The notes beneath the pieces were generated by a model. It was given only the letters and a program-made list of their open reading frames with translations. It was not told the DNA's origin and ran no database searches. From assembly GCA_963824565.1 (NCBI GenBank), contig CAWGQB010000012.1, positions 4,465 through 68,464 on the forward strand: a stretch of 64,000 nucleotides of DNA. The letters run 5' to 3'. The DNA is from an uncultured Pseudomonadota bacterium (GTDB lineage Bacteria > Desulfobacterota > Binatia > Binatales > Binataceae). Positions within the stretch are counted from its first letter, which is position 1. Each line of letters starts with the position of its first letter. A program made the position numbers and the translations under genes. Below, in pieces: positions 24,336-36,239 of the stretch.

Positions 24336-27300
24336 GTGACCGACAGAATTCCGTCTTCTGATGAGTCCGGGCAGGGCCACTCCCGCGATCCAGGCTTCCT
24401 GGTAGTCGGAATCGGTGCGTCGGCGGGCGGCATTAGCGCGCTCCGGCAATTCTTCAGCCGCGTCAGCGCGGATAGCGGTATGGCCTTTGTGGTGATCCAG
24501 CACCTGTCGCCGCAGCATGAGAGCAATCTCGCGGCAGTCCTTCAGACCCAAACCAAGGTTCCGGTCACCCAGGTCAATGAAACGCTTAAGCTGGAGCCTA
24601 ATCACATCTACGTGGTCCCGCCAAACAAATACCTCGTGATAAAGGACGGGGACATCAAGCTAACCGAGCCTGAGCGCCTGCGCGGAGCACCCACTTCCAT
24701 TGATCTGTTTTTTCGCACTCTGGCTGAAGCCTATGGCAGAGACGCCGTTGGAATTGTGATGTCCGGGACCGGTGCCGACGGTACTCTGGGGCTCGGCCGG
24801 GTGAAGGAATGCGGCGGTCTCGCAATCATCCAGGATCCCGCCGAAGCCGAGTACGACGCGATGCCGCGCAGCGCGATCGAGAAGGGCGTATATGATTTGA
24901 TTTTGCCGGCAGCCGAGATGCCCGATCGGTTACGAGCCTTAGGCGCGGGAGCCGGAGGCCGCGGATACCCATTGCCGACGATGAAGCAAAGGCGCCGCCG
25001 GTAGACGACACGGCGGAGGTGCGCGAGATCCTGGCGATGCTGCGCCAGCGCACCGGGCATGACTTAAGCCAATACAAGCGGCCAACCCTGTTGCGCCGCA
25101 TCGTCCGCCGGGTGCAGGTGCACCAACTTGTGGATATAGCTTCGTATGTAACCTTTCTGCATGAGCATCCCGAAGAGTTGCCGGTGCTGTTGCGGGATCT
25201 GTTGATCACGGTCACCAACTTTTTTCGCGACCGCGATGCTTTCGACGTTCTGGAGCGTGAGGTAGTGCCCCAACTGTTTGCCGGCAAGACCGCCAATGAT
25301 CAGGTGCGAGTATGGGTAGTTGGATGCGCTACGGGTGAGGAAGCCTATTCGATCGCGATGCTGCTGTCCGAACACGCGCGGGCGGCTTGCCGACCCACCC
25401 AAAATTCAGATTTTTGCCACGGACATAAACGAGCGAGCGATCGCTGAGGCCCGCGAAACCCGTTATCCGAACAGCATCACCGTCGATGTTTCCGCCGAAC
25501 GCTTGCGGCACTTCTTCATCAAAGATGGCGAGCACTATCGGATCAAGAAAGAGGTGCGCGAACTGATCCTGTTTGCGCCCCACAACGTGCTGCGCGATCC
25601 GCCTTTTTCCAGATTGGACTTGGTAACCTGCCGTAATCTGCTGATCTATCTCAAGCGCGAGTTACAGGAACGCGTCCTGGGTACCTTCCATTTCGCCCTG
25701 GCACCAAATGGCTACCTGTTCCTGGGTGCGGCCGAATCGGCGGAGGAGTCGCCGCTGTTTGCTCCGGTCGCCAAAAAACCGCGGATTTACACCCGCCGCG
25801 CTATGAGCGCCGCAATCCAGACCGGGCGCGCTCCAGCCGGTAATCGGACAATGGAACATCAGACCGCCCGAGTTGCCGGGGATCGCCGGCGCAAAGATTG
25901 CCTCCTATGGCGAACTGCACCATAGAGTCGTCGAACGATTGGCCGCGCCCAGCGTTTTGATCGACGAAGATTACGGCATTGTCCATCTCAGCGAACACGC
26001 GGGACGCTATCTCCGCTTCGCGGGTGGAGAACCTAGCCGCAACCTACTCGACGCCGTGCATCCAGGCATTCGCCTTGACCTGCGCGCCATGTTGCTGGCC
26101 GCCAACGCGCGGTCCGGCGAATCTCCCGAGGCGGCTGAGACGCGCCGGTTGCGCCTCGAAATCGATGGCAAACCGTGTGTAGTCAGCTTGACGGTCCGGC
26201 TGGTGGTTGACAGTCCGGTGCAGGCGCGGGGTTTTTTCCTGGTCATCTTTGACGAAATGATCCCGGCCGCGGCGGCCGTGAACGGGCACGCCTCCGGGAG
26301 CGAAGCCGAGCTGAAAGTTGTCGGTCAACTCGAGGAGGAGCTGCAACGCACCCGCGATCAACTCCATTTTACCGTTGAGCAATACGAGACCTCAGCCGAA
26401 GAATCGAAAGCCTCCAACGAGGAGCTTCAAGCGATCAACGAGGAGTTACGTTCAACCACCGAAGAACTCGAAACCAGCAAAGAAGAGCTGCAGTCGCTCA
26501 ACGAGGAGTTGACCACGGTCAACCAGGAACTGCGCGAGAAGATTGAGGAACTGGGCCGCGTCAACAGCGACCTTGAGAACCTGATGAGCTCGACCGACAT
26601 CGGCACGATATTTCTCGACCGCGGGCTGCGGATCAAGCTCTATACGGAACGGGCACAGGAGCTGTTCAACATCACCGCAACGGATGTCGGACGTCCGCTC
26701 GAACATTTCACCCATCGGCTTGACTACCATTCCCTGACTGAAGACGCGGACGCGGTCCTCAAGAATCTGCAAACCAGAGAGCGCGAGGTGCATGCCAGCA
26801 ACGGCCGCTGGTATTTGGCGCGGCTGGTTCCGTATCGCACTACCCAGGACAAAATTGACGGAGTGGTGCTCAATTTCGTTGATATCACCGACCATCGGCA
26901 CGCCGAGGAACTGCGCCGGCAAACCGCGATGTTGCAGGAGCGATCGCAGATCCTGGAGCTGGCCAACGTGTTCGTGCGCGATGTCGACGATCGAATTGTG
27001 CAGTGGAACGCCGGATGCGAACGGCTGTACGGCTATACCAAAGAAGAAGCTCTCGGCCGCGTCGCAAACGAGCTGCTCGCGACTGGAATTCAAACAGCCG
27101 CTGGCCGAAATCAAGGCTCAGCTTTTCGCGATCGGGGCATGGCAAGGGGAATTGGTTCACGTCACCAAATCAGGCGAGCGAATCACGGTAGCCAGCCGAT
27201 GGGTGTTGCATCGCAACGAGGCCAACGACCCGTCGGCGATTCTCGAGGTAAATCAAGACGTTACCGCTCTAAAGCACGCCGAGGAGGAACTGCGTCACGC

Positions 27301-28423
27301 CGACCAGCGTAAGAATCAGTTCCTGGCCACGCTGGCTCACGAACTGCGCAATCCGCTGGCCGCCACCCTAAGCAGTCTGGAGCTGCTAAGCTTGGCACAG
27401 GGTGATCAGGAGGAGATCCAATTCGCACGCGGCGCAATGCAACGGCAGTTCGAGCATCTGATGCGGCTGGTGGATGACCTGCTCGACCTCGAACGCCTGG
27501 GTCGCGGTAAAATAACGCTACGCACGGAGCGCATCGCCTTGAGCAACGTGGTCGCGGCCTCACTGGAGACCAGCCGCGCCCTGCTCGAAACCCATGGCCA
27601 TACGCTTAACGTCTCCGCCCCGGCCACCGCCACTTACGTCATGGGCGACCGCATCCGCCTTTCACAAGCGCTGACCAACCTGCTGAGCAACGCGGCCAAG
27701 TACACCCCCGCGGGCGGCCGCATCGAGCTTGACGTCGCGATCGAGGACCATCAGGCCGTCATCCGGGTGCGCGACAGCGGCATCGGGATATCGGCAGAAA
27801 TGCTGCCTCATATCTTCGATTATTTCGTCCAGGAAGCTCCCGGATCGGAAGCTAACCGTAGAGGTCTCGGCGTCGGACTTGCGCTGGCGCGCCAGTTGAT
27901 TGAATTGCACGGCGGCACCATCGAAGCCAACAGTGGCGGGCGGGCGAAGGGCAGTGAATTCGCCATCCGCCTGCCACTTGCCCCCGATCAATCCGACCAA
28001 TCGGAACCGGCCATACCCATCACTATTGGCAAACCAGCTCAGGACGGGCCGGCGCACAGAGTGCTAATTATCGATGACGAGCGCGACGTCGCGGACTTAC
28101 TCGCCCGGGTTCTGCGGCACGCCGGCCACCAGGTTTGGCGGGCTTACAGTGGACAGACCGGGATCGAGACGGCACTGGAGCACCAGCCCGATGTGGCGTT
28201 GATCGACATTTCGATGCCGGACATGGACGGCTACGAAGTGGCACGTCAACTGCGCACCCGATTGCCACGGATGCTGCTCATCGCACTCAGCGGCCTCGTC
28301 AATGGCCCGAATAGCGAGCGCTCACGCGCCGCGGGATTCGACTATCATGTCGCCAAACCGGCGACGCTACAGCAGATCGAGGAGCTCTGCGCGAAGTCGC
28401 TTGGGCGGTCCAAGCGCGAGTAA
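24336..28423 (+). CDS. CheB-CheR-PAS-histidine kinase-receiver hybrid, ~4 frameshifts
   Basis: CheB GASAGG/QHL/SGTGADG; CheR ITVTNFFRD, GCATGEEAYS, DLVTCRNLLIY; ELQAINEEL coiled coil; PAS; HK LAHELRNPL, N/G1/G2 boxes; REC with D and K. Confidence 0.88.
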
Positions 28424-28906
28424 TTTCCGCATTGCGCGGGCTTTTTGCGTTTCTGCCCGCAACACCTGTTGGTAGTCTGAGGTACACAACTGCGCGAACA
28501 ATCGCACAAGCAACCAACGTGTGTCGGATACGCCTGCGCACATCGATTGACGCACCGGCGCCAATCGCATCTCGTCACCGCCTTAACCGCCCGGGCTGGC
28601 CAGAGTATTGGTTCGCTGCGTCCAAGCGACGATTGCGTTATCCACGGCACACGTAACACCGATCACCGGTGGACTCTGAGCATCTGTTAGCCGATGATGA
28701 AAGTATCGGGATCGACATAGGAGTCGAGTCCGATATTGTCTCAGCCTGACGATGGTCCTTTGTATCGCCTTCGACCACGTTATACTTGGTCAACGCCTAA
28801 CTACTTCAGAACAATCCGCTTCCGGACAGGCCGGCGCTCTCTTGTTCGGCTGCGCAGGCGGTCCGAAGCGCAACAATTTCGTAATCTACATGAGGTGAAC
28901 GCGACG

Positions 28907-29239
28907 ATGAAAATGAACCGAACTCTAACTGCAGTGGTGGCCGCCGGGCTGTTCGGCCTGATGTCGGCTCCCGTGATGGCCGGCAACACGGCCGGTGCCT
29001 TCGACAGCGCCGGCAAAGACAATCCGCCGCTAGTGCTTGCGCAGGAATCACCGGCGCAAGAGCAGCACGAACAGCAGCGGTACGACCAACAGATGCGCGC
29101 AGACCAGCACAAAGCCAAGGAAACTGCGATGAACTATCATAGGCATCATCACAAACACTACAAGCACCACGTACAAAGCATCTCCGAAGGAACTAAGCAT
29201 AATGGAAACGATGCACATTCGTCAGACTCATCTAAGTAA
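28907..29239 (+). CDS. Small secreted His/Gln-rich protein
   Basis: Signal peptide MKMNRTLTAVVAAGLFGLMSAPVMA, GAGG RBS, HRHHHKHYKHH tract. Confidence 0.7.
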   Translation: MKMNRTLTAVVAAGLFGLMSAPVMAGNTAGAFDSAGKDNPPLVLAQESPAQEQHEQQRYDQQMRADQHKAKETAMNYHRHHHKHYKHHVQSISEGTKHNGNDAHSSDSSK

Positions 29240-29438
29240 ACTCGCTTTAACCATCGTCAGCGCGGGCGCTTGCCTGATGCTGGCCGGTTGCTTCGGCGCG
29301 ACCTACTCGCAGGACAGCGGTCCGACGCCGGTAATGGCAGCGCCTGCGGAAACTTCTTCCACGACGACTACTACGACCGATGCCGCCCCTACGACCGTGG
29401 AATCCCACCGCACTACCTCGGCGTTTCTGATTCCCTGA
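29202..29438 (+). CDS. Small Thr-rich lipoprotein
   Basis: Lipobox LAGC followed by a TTTTTT low-complexity tail; overlaps the preceding gene. Confidence 0.65.
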   Translation: METMHIRQTHLSKLALTIVSAGACLMLAGCFGATYSQDSGPTPVMAAPAETSSTTTTTTDAAPTTVESHRTTSAFLIP

Positions 29439-30007
29439 GTGTGGAATCGCTTGCTCCGCCTCGAACTGCCGTCGCGTCCGGACGCGCGGCCGGATAAACT
29501 ACCGCAAGCGAGAGACGTCAGCTCCCTGCAAGCCGGCCTGGGAAACCTTTCCCCGGCCGGTCCCTCATTGTCGGTTCGCCTTACCCTGGACGTATTACCC
29601 ATCGCAAATGCCGTCCCCTGTATCACAGAGGCTGGACAACAGACCTAAAGCGATGCCGCTCGACCTGCGCCAAAGTCCGAACCTCTTCCCGCGCGTCGGG
29701 TAACGTGACTGATCGAGAGCCTGATTCTTCTCCCGCGCGGTACTGTAGCGTAAAGTCAGACTATAGCAAGACGCAACCATAGCTCTTGAGGTAGACTGAC
29801 GGTGGAGTCTTGTCGATCCCAATGCTCTCCTCGCGCACGACAGACTACCGTCCGAGCCGGGCCCATTACTCTCTCGGACTGACTTAGTTCCGCAACTGGC
29901 CGAGTAGTCGCGGAACTTTATAGCTTGAGTCGTGGGTTGCGTTATCAACAGCACACGGATCGCAGATTGCTCACTCTTTTAGAGTCCTGATCTGTTACAC
30001 TGATGTT

Positions 30008-30751
30008 ATGAAGGTCGAGACAATATCTCAGCTTCGGAGCTTGAAAGGACTCAAGAATATCTCCTGGCTTACGACACGCCAGCTGGATAAGCTCGCCGCG
30101 GTGCTAAGGGTGAGCCATTTCGAGAAGCGCGCCATAATCTTCGAGGAAGGCAGGACTGCCGATGCCGCCTACGTCTTGCTGACTGGCGTTGCTCGTATCA
30201 CCTGCCGTAATCGCAAAGGCATTCGAACTATGTTGATCATGGTTGCGCCTGGTATGATTCCTGGTTGTCCCGTGGCCGTCACCGGCGTTAACTATGACTT
30301 TCGCTGTGAGGCGGTTACCAGCTGCCAGGTGGGAATCGTTGAGCTCAACACCTTGGTCGAGATTTGTCTGGGCGTCGCGTCCGTGGATTTTAAGCGGCTG
30401 GCGGCCAACTATATTGGGCGGTGGGATTTGGTGCATCTGCGTTGCTCGAACTTCATGAGCTGCACGCTTGCAGAGCGCCTGGCCCTTACACTGCTGGAAT
30501 TGAGTGAAAACTTTGGGACTCCCGATCGTCGTGGAGTGCGGCTGACAGTGCTGGCGCGGCACAAAAACCTTGCAGAACTGGTTGGCGCTTCGCGGCCGCG
30601 TGTAACCGAACATCTGATGGCGTTTGAGCGTGCAAACATGATTGTGCGGAGCAATGGGCACATGGTGGTAAAGCGCGAACAGCTCGAAAGCTTTCTGACC
30701 GGAGCCCATCCGAGGTCCTTGCGGACAACCAATACCAAGAAAGCCGCGTAA
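30008..30751 (+). CDS. Crp/Fnr-family transcriptional regulator
   Basis: Cupin sensor domain (IFEEG..A..AYVLLTG), ERLALTLLEL, HTH LAELVGASRPRVTEHL. Confidence 0.9.
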   Translation: MKVETISQLRSLKGLKNISWLTTRQLDKLAAVLRVSHFEKRAIIFEEGRTADAAYVLLTGVARITCRNRKGIRTMLIMVAPGMIPGCPVAVTGVNYDFRCEAVTSCQVGIVELNTLVEICLGVASVDFKRLAANYIGRWDLVHLRCSNFMSCTLAERLALTLLELSENFGTPDRRGVRLTVLARHKNLAELVGASRPRVTEHLMAFERANMIVRSNGHMVVKREQLESFLTGAHPRSLRTTNTKKAA

Positions 30752-30779
30752 CTGACCGAAGACTAAGAAAGCCTCACCA

Positions 30780-30811
30780 TACCCTCTCCCTCACGATCAA
30801 GGGAGAGGGTA
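30780..30811. repeat. REP-like perfect hairpin between convergent genes (possible bidirectional terminator)
   Basis: TACCCTCTCCCT-CACGATCA-AGGGAGAGGGTA, 12-bp perfect stem. Confidence 0.75.
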
Positions 30812-30831
30812 CACAAGCCAAGATAGCTTAC

Positions 30832-31206
30832 CTATCTGTCCTGTGCCGGCTGGATAGCGTTGAAGTTGCCCGGATCCTGCTTCATCTCCGCAAGCAGACC
30901 CGGATTAGCGTCGAATAGTTGTCCGAGCGATGGATGCTTTCCGATATAGCGCGCGTCGCTGAGCAAGGTCGGCTTGTTGGCGAGTTGATGCGCGATCTTG
31001 GGATGCTCCTGGGCGAATGCGGTCCATTCTTTGAGCGAGTTCATGTGCAGGTCGCTTTGGTTGGCTTTTTCGAAAGACATTGTGGTTCTGCCCTCGACCA
31101 CGGTGCCGTTGACCTGCGGATTCGCCCCGCCTTCCTGGGCAAGCGCGGGGCCCGTCATCATGGCGGCGATCGCAATGGCAGCGAGTAGGCTAAGTTTCCG
31201 ATTCAT
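30832..31206 (-). CDS. Secreted hypothetical protein
   Basis: Signal peptide MNRKLSLLAAIAIAAMMTGPALA; GGAG RBS; repeated HP/NP-x-L motifs. Confidence 0.7.
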   Translation of the reverse strand: MNRKLSLLAAIAIAAMMTGPALAQEGGANPQVNGTVVEGRTTMSFEKANQSDLHMNSLKEWTAFAQEHPKIAHQLANKPTLLSDARYIGKHPSLGQLFDANPGLLAEMKQDPGNFNAIQPAQDR

Positions 31207-31681
31207 TCCAAGGTCTCCTTATAGAGCCGTTATTGTTGCCTTCTTCAGTGTGGGTCGAGCCGAAGTCCTGGACCTGGTCTTGGCCGCCCGCGTAGGAACG
31301 CCGGGTCTTGGCCGTACGCTCATGGTCCTGCTGGCAATCGTGACAAAGGCGCGTGAAAGGCATTACCACGAGGCGCTGTTCGCCGATTTCGAAGCCGCAA
31401 TTCTCGCACAGGCCGTATTTCATTTCTGCGATGCGCTCGAGCGCGGCGTCTATCTGACTGATCTTGATCCGTTCGCGCTCGGAGAGCGCGGAGCTTATGT
31501 CGCGATCGCACTCTTCAGAGGCCCGGTCAGAACTGTCCAGACCATCGCCTCGGTCGCCGTCTCGTTCAGCCCGAAGTTCGAAGCCCGCTTGTTCACTCAG
31601 CCGGGTCTTCGTCTGCCGGAGATGCTCGCTCGCCCGGTTAAGAATTTGTTTGCGGTTCATAGGCGAAGGCGCCTTCGTCAT
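31190..31681 (-). CDS. DksA/TraR-family C4 zinc-finger protein
   Basis: DSSDRAS coiled-coil tip, IDAALERI, YGLCENCG..I...RL..MP.TRLCHDCQ; AAGGAGG RBS. Confidence 0.88.
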   Translation of the reverse strand: MTKAPSPMNRKQILNRASEHLRQTKTRLSEQAGFELRAERDGDRGDGLDSSDRASEECDRDISSALSERERIKISQIDAALERIAEMKYGLCENCGFEIGEQRLVVMPFTRLCHDCQQDHERTAKTRRSYAGGQDQVQDFGSTHTEEGNNNGSIRRPWNESET

Positions 31682-32308
31682 CGGAATGACCTCCTTACGC
31701 AATAATCAAATGCAGGATTACTGGATGTTCGTGTGCTGAACATGTTGCTTTTGCACCTTATGGGGGCCGAGGATCGCGAACGGAAGAGCGGCTATGTAAA
31801 TAGTCCTGGTATGCGGCAAGCGTCCTTCATTCATCATGAACGCTTCCAAAGGGCAAACGCAAAGGAGGATGAAGCGGATTCCAGCGATAACGTGCTTCGC
31901 GGCACACGATGGGCCGAAAATGACGCGCCTGGCCAACTACTGCAAGGTTTCCGTTCTGGAGCGGCCGTGAGGAAGATCTGCAAAAGGGCCGGCCCGCGTT
32001 GATGTTTCCGGGTTCGATCGCAACCGTGCAAAAAGAGGCGGTCCGGTGTACAAGGGGGCGCCTGAATCAGAGTTCAAAATGGAAATCCCGGTTCAGTTCG
32101 ACGGCCGGTCTAGGCGCAGGGAAACTGTAGATAAACTCTTACCGCGGCCAGGATGGATCAGTATGCGTGACCGGAAAAGATGATGTTTCAAAGTCGCTGA
32201 CACCCGAGATATGAGGGTGCGAGGTCCGCAAGTGAATCCTGGAGCGATACGACAATGTGGCCTGCAGGGAAAGGCTTTTTGGATAAGGCTTTAGGTTGGT
32301 GGTGCTTC

Positions 32309-35300
32309 TCACCGGCGCTCGAAAACGACGGCGCCAATCCACGGAAGATTGATAGTCTGGCCGCTGTAAATTTGTGCGCCATAGCCACCGTTGGTTTCTT
32401 CCTGCTCGAACTCGACCTGAAAAACCGGCCATGACGAATTGAAAATTTCCTTGTAAGGAGCGCCAGCGGGAAGGCCGAGCCAGGAACTGTCCTGCTGCTG
32501 ATTCGGCGTGCCAAAGGTGACAACCACGAAGAGACATTGGCCGGACCCGCACGTAAAAGCCACCGTGCGATTTCCGGTCGCGACGACTTGGTAGTTTGCC
32601 TCGCCTTGTAAACCTTTGGAGGGATCGTTGCGCAAGCCCATTAATTGCCGGAACCAGGCGAGTATGCGGGTGGTGTCTGTAGCGGGGGTGCAATCATCCA
32701 GCTGGGGGTTGATCCATTGTTCGTTGTTACTGAAGGAAAAGGCTACGGTTTCACCCACTTCCTGGCCCATGAATAACATGGGAATCCCGTTTGAGAGCAG
32801 CGTGGCGGCGCCCATCGCTTTGGCCATCTGATAGCCTTGGCCGAACGGAGGGCGTGAAGCGATGCGAATACTGAGCGGGTCCTGGCCGCTCACCATGTCG
32901 TGCGATTCGCCGAAGCGGGTGGCCTGGAAAAATGGACGCCCCCAGTACTGGGGATTATCCATTTCGGCCTTGAGCGGTCCGGAATCGTCCCAACCGGGGT
33001 GCCCGCTGTCGTAGCTAGCCGCCCTGATCTGGAAAACTTCGTCGATTCCCCACTGCCCATCCATCACGCCCCATGAAGGATTGGAAACATCCCACGGGCT
33101 GGTAGCGGAGTTTTCAGCCACGCAATAGGGCCACGCCCGGCCCTCCGCGGAGGCTGCCGCGCGTAGGGATGAACGAATCATTCCTAAAAACTCCCAGCCG
33201 CCCTGACACTTCGTAACGATGGTCTGGGTGTCGTCGTAGCGAAACCCATCGAGGTTGAAAGTCTGGAACAAATACACGGAGGCTTGGCGGAAATATTCGC
33301 CCACCATGGGATGCCCGCAGTTCATGCGGTCGCCGTCGTAGTCTCCGTTGCGATATACGTCCGGAGCGATGCTCATCAGTGACGAGCCGAGAGAGTGGTT
33401 ATAAACCACATCCAGGGTGACACCGCGGCCCGCGGCATGAGCGGCGTTGACGAAACGGGCCAGTGCCGGCGCCCCGCCGTAGAAGCTGTCGATGCCAAAA
33501 TAAAACGACGGGTCGTAACCCCACGAGACCGCGGAACTGAATTCGTTGACCGGCATGAGGCCGAAAACCGTAGCGGGGAGCTGACGCAGGTAGCCGGGCT
33601 GCCCGAGACGGCTCGTGGCGTTTAACTCGTCCGCCAGCAAATCAAGCGACGTGAGGGTGCCGGGTTGCAGATTGGTGAACCGCCTCGCGTGGATCTCATA
33701 AATCAGAAGATTTTGCCAGCCCATCGTCTGCCACGGCTGGGCGTGTGACGCCGCTCTGACTGCGGCGACGTCAACCAAGATGGACCACGACGTGGAAGTG
33801 TCGGCGGGGCTGTCGCCGAAAGACGTCTTCAGGCTGCCTCCGTCCTGAACGGCGCGTGCGGCAGGATCGATAACTTCCACGTTGTCGTTGAGAAGGAATC
33901 GGTACCGTGTCCCAGGCGGCGATTGTGAGGCGGGCAGACTGCACCACCAGTAGAAGGTGTCGTTCGTCAAGGTCATCGGAAACTCTTTGCGCGCCGGTCC
34001 TCCGGGGGAGTTTTCATCTACCAGGATGAGCGCGGCGCAAACCGCGTGTGGCGCATGAACCGCAAAATATACTTTACCGTCGAAGAACGTGGCGCCATGC
34101 GGTATTTCCTGCGCGGCGAAAACTCCCGCAGTTACGAGCGTGCTCCCGAACGCCGCTTGCATCAGGGCCGTACGGTCGGGCGGCTCCGCAAACCGCGTCG
34201 CAGCGCGCGCACAAACGCCATAGACGCCTTCCGTGGTGTAGAGCCTCGGCGTCGAGGCCGTCGGGGTGAAATATCTGCTGGTATCAATCCAGGCATACGG
34301 TTTGGGCTCGGTGCCAATGGCGGGAATCAGATCGACGGAGGTAGTAGTGTCTAATGCGACGGACGGCATCACCTGCCAGGTTCCATCCAATTGCAGTGTT
34401 GCAGGTACCGTTTCATAAGCTGGACCGTTACCAATGGAAACCTGGGCGGAGAGCCCGTTCGCGAAGCTCGATGTGACCTGAGGTTTGATCGAAATCGGAA
34501 TGGCGGCGATCGTCGGAAAGGCATCGACCCAATCGCCCGCTCCCAGGCTGAATCGCGACACTGTGCCGAGTGCCGAGGGGTCCGCCGGAAAGGGCCTTTC
34601 AATAGGCGGGTTCTCGACATTTTGCTGGCTAGCGACGGCGTAGCTTGCTTGGGGATAAATCGAGACGCTGTATGTGGCAATCTTGAAGAGGGAACTGCCA
34701 CCGTATGGCTGCGCCGAGGAACATACCAACGGAAAAACGGATTTCTCGACCAAGTCCTGCAATGCCAGTTGTGGGGGCGCGGACGATTTTGCGCTGAACA
34801 GGACTTCGAGTGCAACCGGCGTTAACGCGACAGGCGTACTGCGCACGTCGCACTGGCCACTCTTGAGCCACGCAGAGGCGCCATCGCAGGGACGCCAGAC
34901 GCGATTGCTGGCATCCGGCTCCCAAACGGCCGCCTGGCCATTTGCAGCCGGCTGCACCAGCTTCAGGTTGAAGCCCGAGGTCATCCACTCCGCCAAAGTT
35001 AAATTGAAGGTGGATACGCCGTTGGCGTCGTCACGTGCCGATTCCGCAAAATAGGCTGGCTGGACATTGGAATCATAAGGACTCCAGACGTAGATTTGCC
35101 CGCCCCGGAATGCATTCTGGGTAATGACATGGAACGTGAGCACATCGCCAGGATTGAAGACCCCGCTGGCGGGTACGGGCTTTTGGTAGAGAATTCTAGG
35201 CGAGGATTCGAAGGTCCAGACCTCGGTCGGCGAGGTCAGAAAAAGCCGCCGAGTAAAATCATCCGCCTCCCAATTGTTCTGACCGGTAGCGGGAGAAGTG

Positions 35301-35482
35301 GTGTGATACTTGAATTGCAGTTTGCGGGGATCTTGTACATCGGGCAGTTGAAAATCCACAAGGTCTCCAGTCGATGTGCCCTTGGTATCCCACACGTTGT
35401 TCCCATCCCAAGCGGCTTCCCAAACGCGCATATTCCACAAAACCGCATTGTCTGCCGGTTTATGATGCACAATAATTCCCAT
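32309..35482 (-). CDS. Multidomain GH13 (branching enzyme/TreZ-like catalytic core) with long N-terminal carbohydrate-binding-like extension
   Basis: GATF..VYFAVHAPHA (CBM48-like), IYEIH, LMPVNEF, WGYDP, LDVVYNH, GFRYDD, VAEN, ESHD, GIPMLFMGQE. Confidence 0.88.
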   Translation of the reverse strand: MGIIVHHKPADNAVLWNMRVWEAAWDGNNVWDTKGTSTGDLVDFQLPDVQDPRKLQFKYHTTSPATGQNNWEADDFTRRLFLTSPTEVWTFESSPRILYQKPVPASGVFNPGDVLTFHVITQNAFRGGQIYVWSPYDSNVQPAYFAESARDDANGVSTFNLTLAEWMTSGFNLKLVQPAANGQAAVWEPDASNRVWRPCDGASAWLKSGQCDVRSTPVALTPVALEVLFSAKSSAPPQLALQDLVEKSVFPLVCSSAQPYGGSSLFKIATYSVSIYPQASYAVASQQNVENPPIERPFPADPSALGTVSRFSLGAGDWVDAFPTIAAIPISIKPQVTSSFANGLSAQVSIGNGPAYETVPATLQLDGTWQVMPSVALDTTTSVDLIPAIGTEPKPYAWIDTSRYFTPTASTPRLYTTEGVYGVCARAATRFAEPPDRTALMQAAFGSTLVTAGVFAAQEIPHGATFFDGKVYFAVHAPHAVCAALILVDENSPGGPARKEFPMTLTNDTFYWWCSLPASQSPPGTRYRFLLNDNVEVIDPAARAVQDGGSLKTSFGDSPADTSTSWSILVDVAAVRAASHAQPWQTMGWQNLLIYEIHARRFTNLQPGTLTSLDLLADELNATSRLGQPGYLRQLPATVFGLMPVNEFSSAVSWGYDPSFYFGIDSFYGGAPALARFVNAAHAAGRGVTLDVVYNHSLGSSLMSIAPDVYRNGDYDGDRMNCGHPMVGEYFRQASVYLFQTFNLDGFRYDDTQTIVTKCQGGWEFLGMIRSSLRAAASAEGRAWPYCVAENSATSPWDVSNPSWGVMDGQWGIDEVFQIRAASYDSGHPGWDDSGPLKAEMDNPQYWGRPFFQATRFGESHDMVSGQDPLSIRIASRPPFGQGYQMAKAMGAATLLSNGIPMLFMGQEVGETVAFSFSNNEQWINPQLDDCTPATDTTRILAWFRQLMGLRNDPSKGLQGEANYQVVATGNRTVAFTCGSGQCLFVVVTFGTPNQQQDSSWLGLPAGAPYKEIFNSSWPVFQVEFEQEETNGGYGAQIYSGQTINLPWIGAVVFERR

Positions 35483-36239
35483 AGCGATTTCCCTTTACGA
35501 GGGCCTCCACGATCGAGAATCTTCCAGCGGACGGCCTTGGCTCCGCTGGCGAGTTCGGGACTCACGTTCCGCTCCGCCTCATCCCAAACGGTTTATGGCG
35601 GCCCTGGCCACGGCCTTGGGCGCCTCGAGGGCCTGCCTCAGCCTTGCTTATCATCTTGTATAGAACTATGTCCAAGAGGCGGTGACTCCCATATCCAATA
35701 TGAGGTGGCCCCGATCTTTGAGATAGCGGCCGGGCGATCCTACGGTGGGAATCCCGCCCAGGTTGACCTCCCATCACGGCTGTGGTGAAGCGCTCATGCC
35801 AGCGTTTTTTCCCGCGGCAAGTTGGGAAGCCGTCCCTCCGTGTTCGGGTTCATTATGAACTACCGGTTGACTGGCAACCAGCGATGGTGCGGTTCCGCAA
35901 CAGGCGCAATATAGCGTGGATCCGGAAGGCAAGAGGCGGTGAAGATTACGTGCCCTAGCCGCCCGGCGTCAACCGACTGGAAGGTCAAGTGTCCCTTTCG
36001 ACCCCGAAACATGTATCGAAGGGAACCATGTATCCGTTCCATAGGCGACACTTTTTGAGGCGCTGAACGCGGCGCCTGCGATATCAGTCGCAATTGCGAG
36101 GGCCCAGTCCCGCGAAAATTGCCGCTTTCCAGCCGCCGGCGGATGGCACGGCCCTTGCGTAGCTGTCACGTCACAAGAATCTTAACTAGCCCCTATACAG
36201 GCAAGACAACAAAGCAAGAGCCATGACTTCTGGTGCAGT

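Noticed and set aside
31733-32002. 89-aa ORF divergent from the DksA-like gene
   Set aside because: No RBS or motif support; composition is uninformative.
35483-36239. Riboswitch or small genes in the GH13-Crp gap (e.g. ORF 35860-36093)
   Set aside because: No recognisable riboswitch consensus or protein motif by eye; an Rfam/Infernal scan would be needed.
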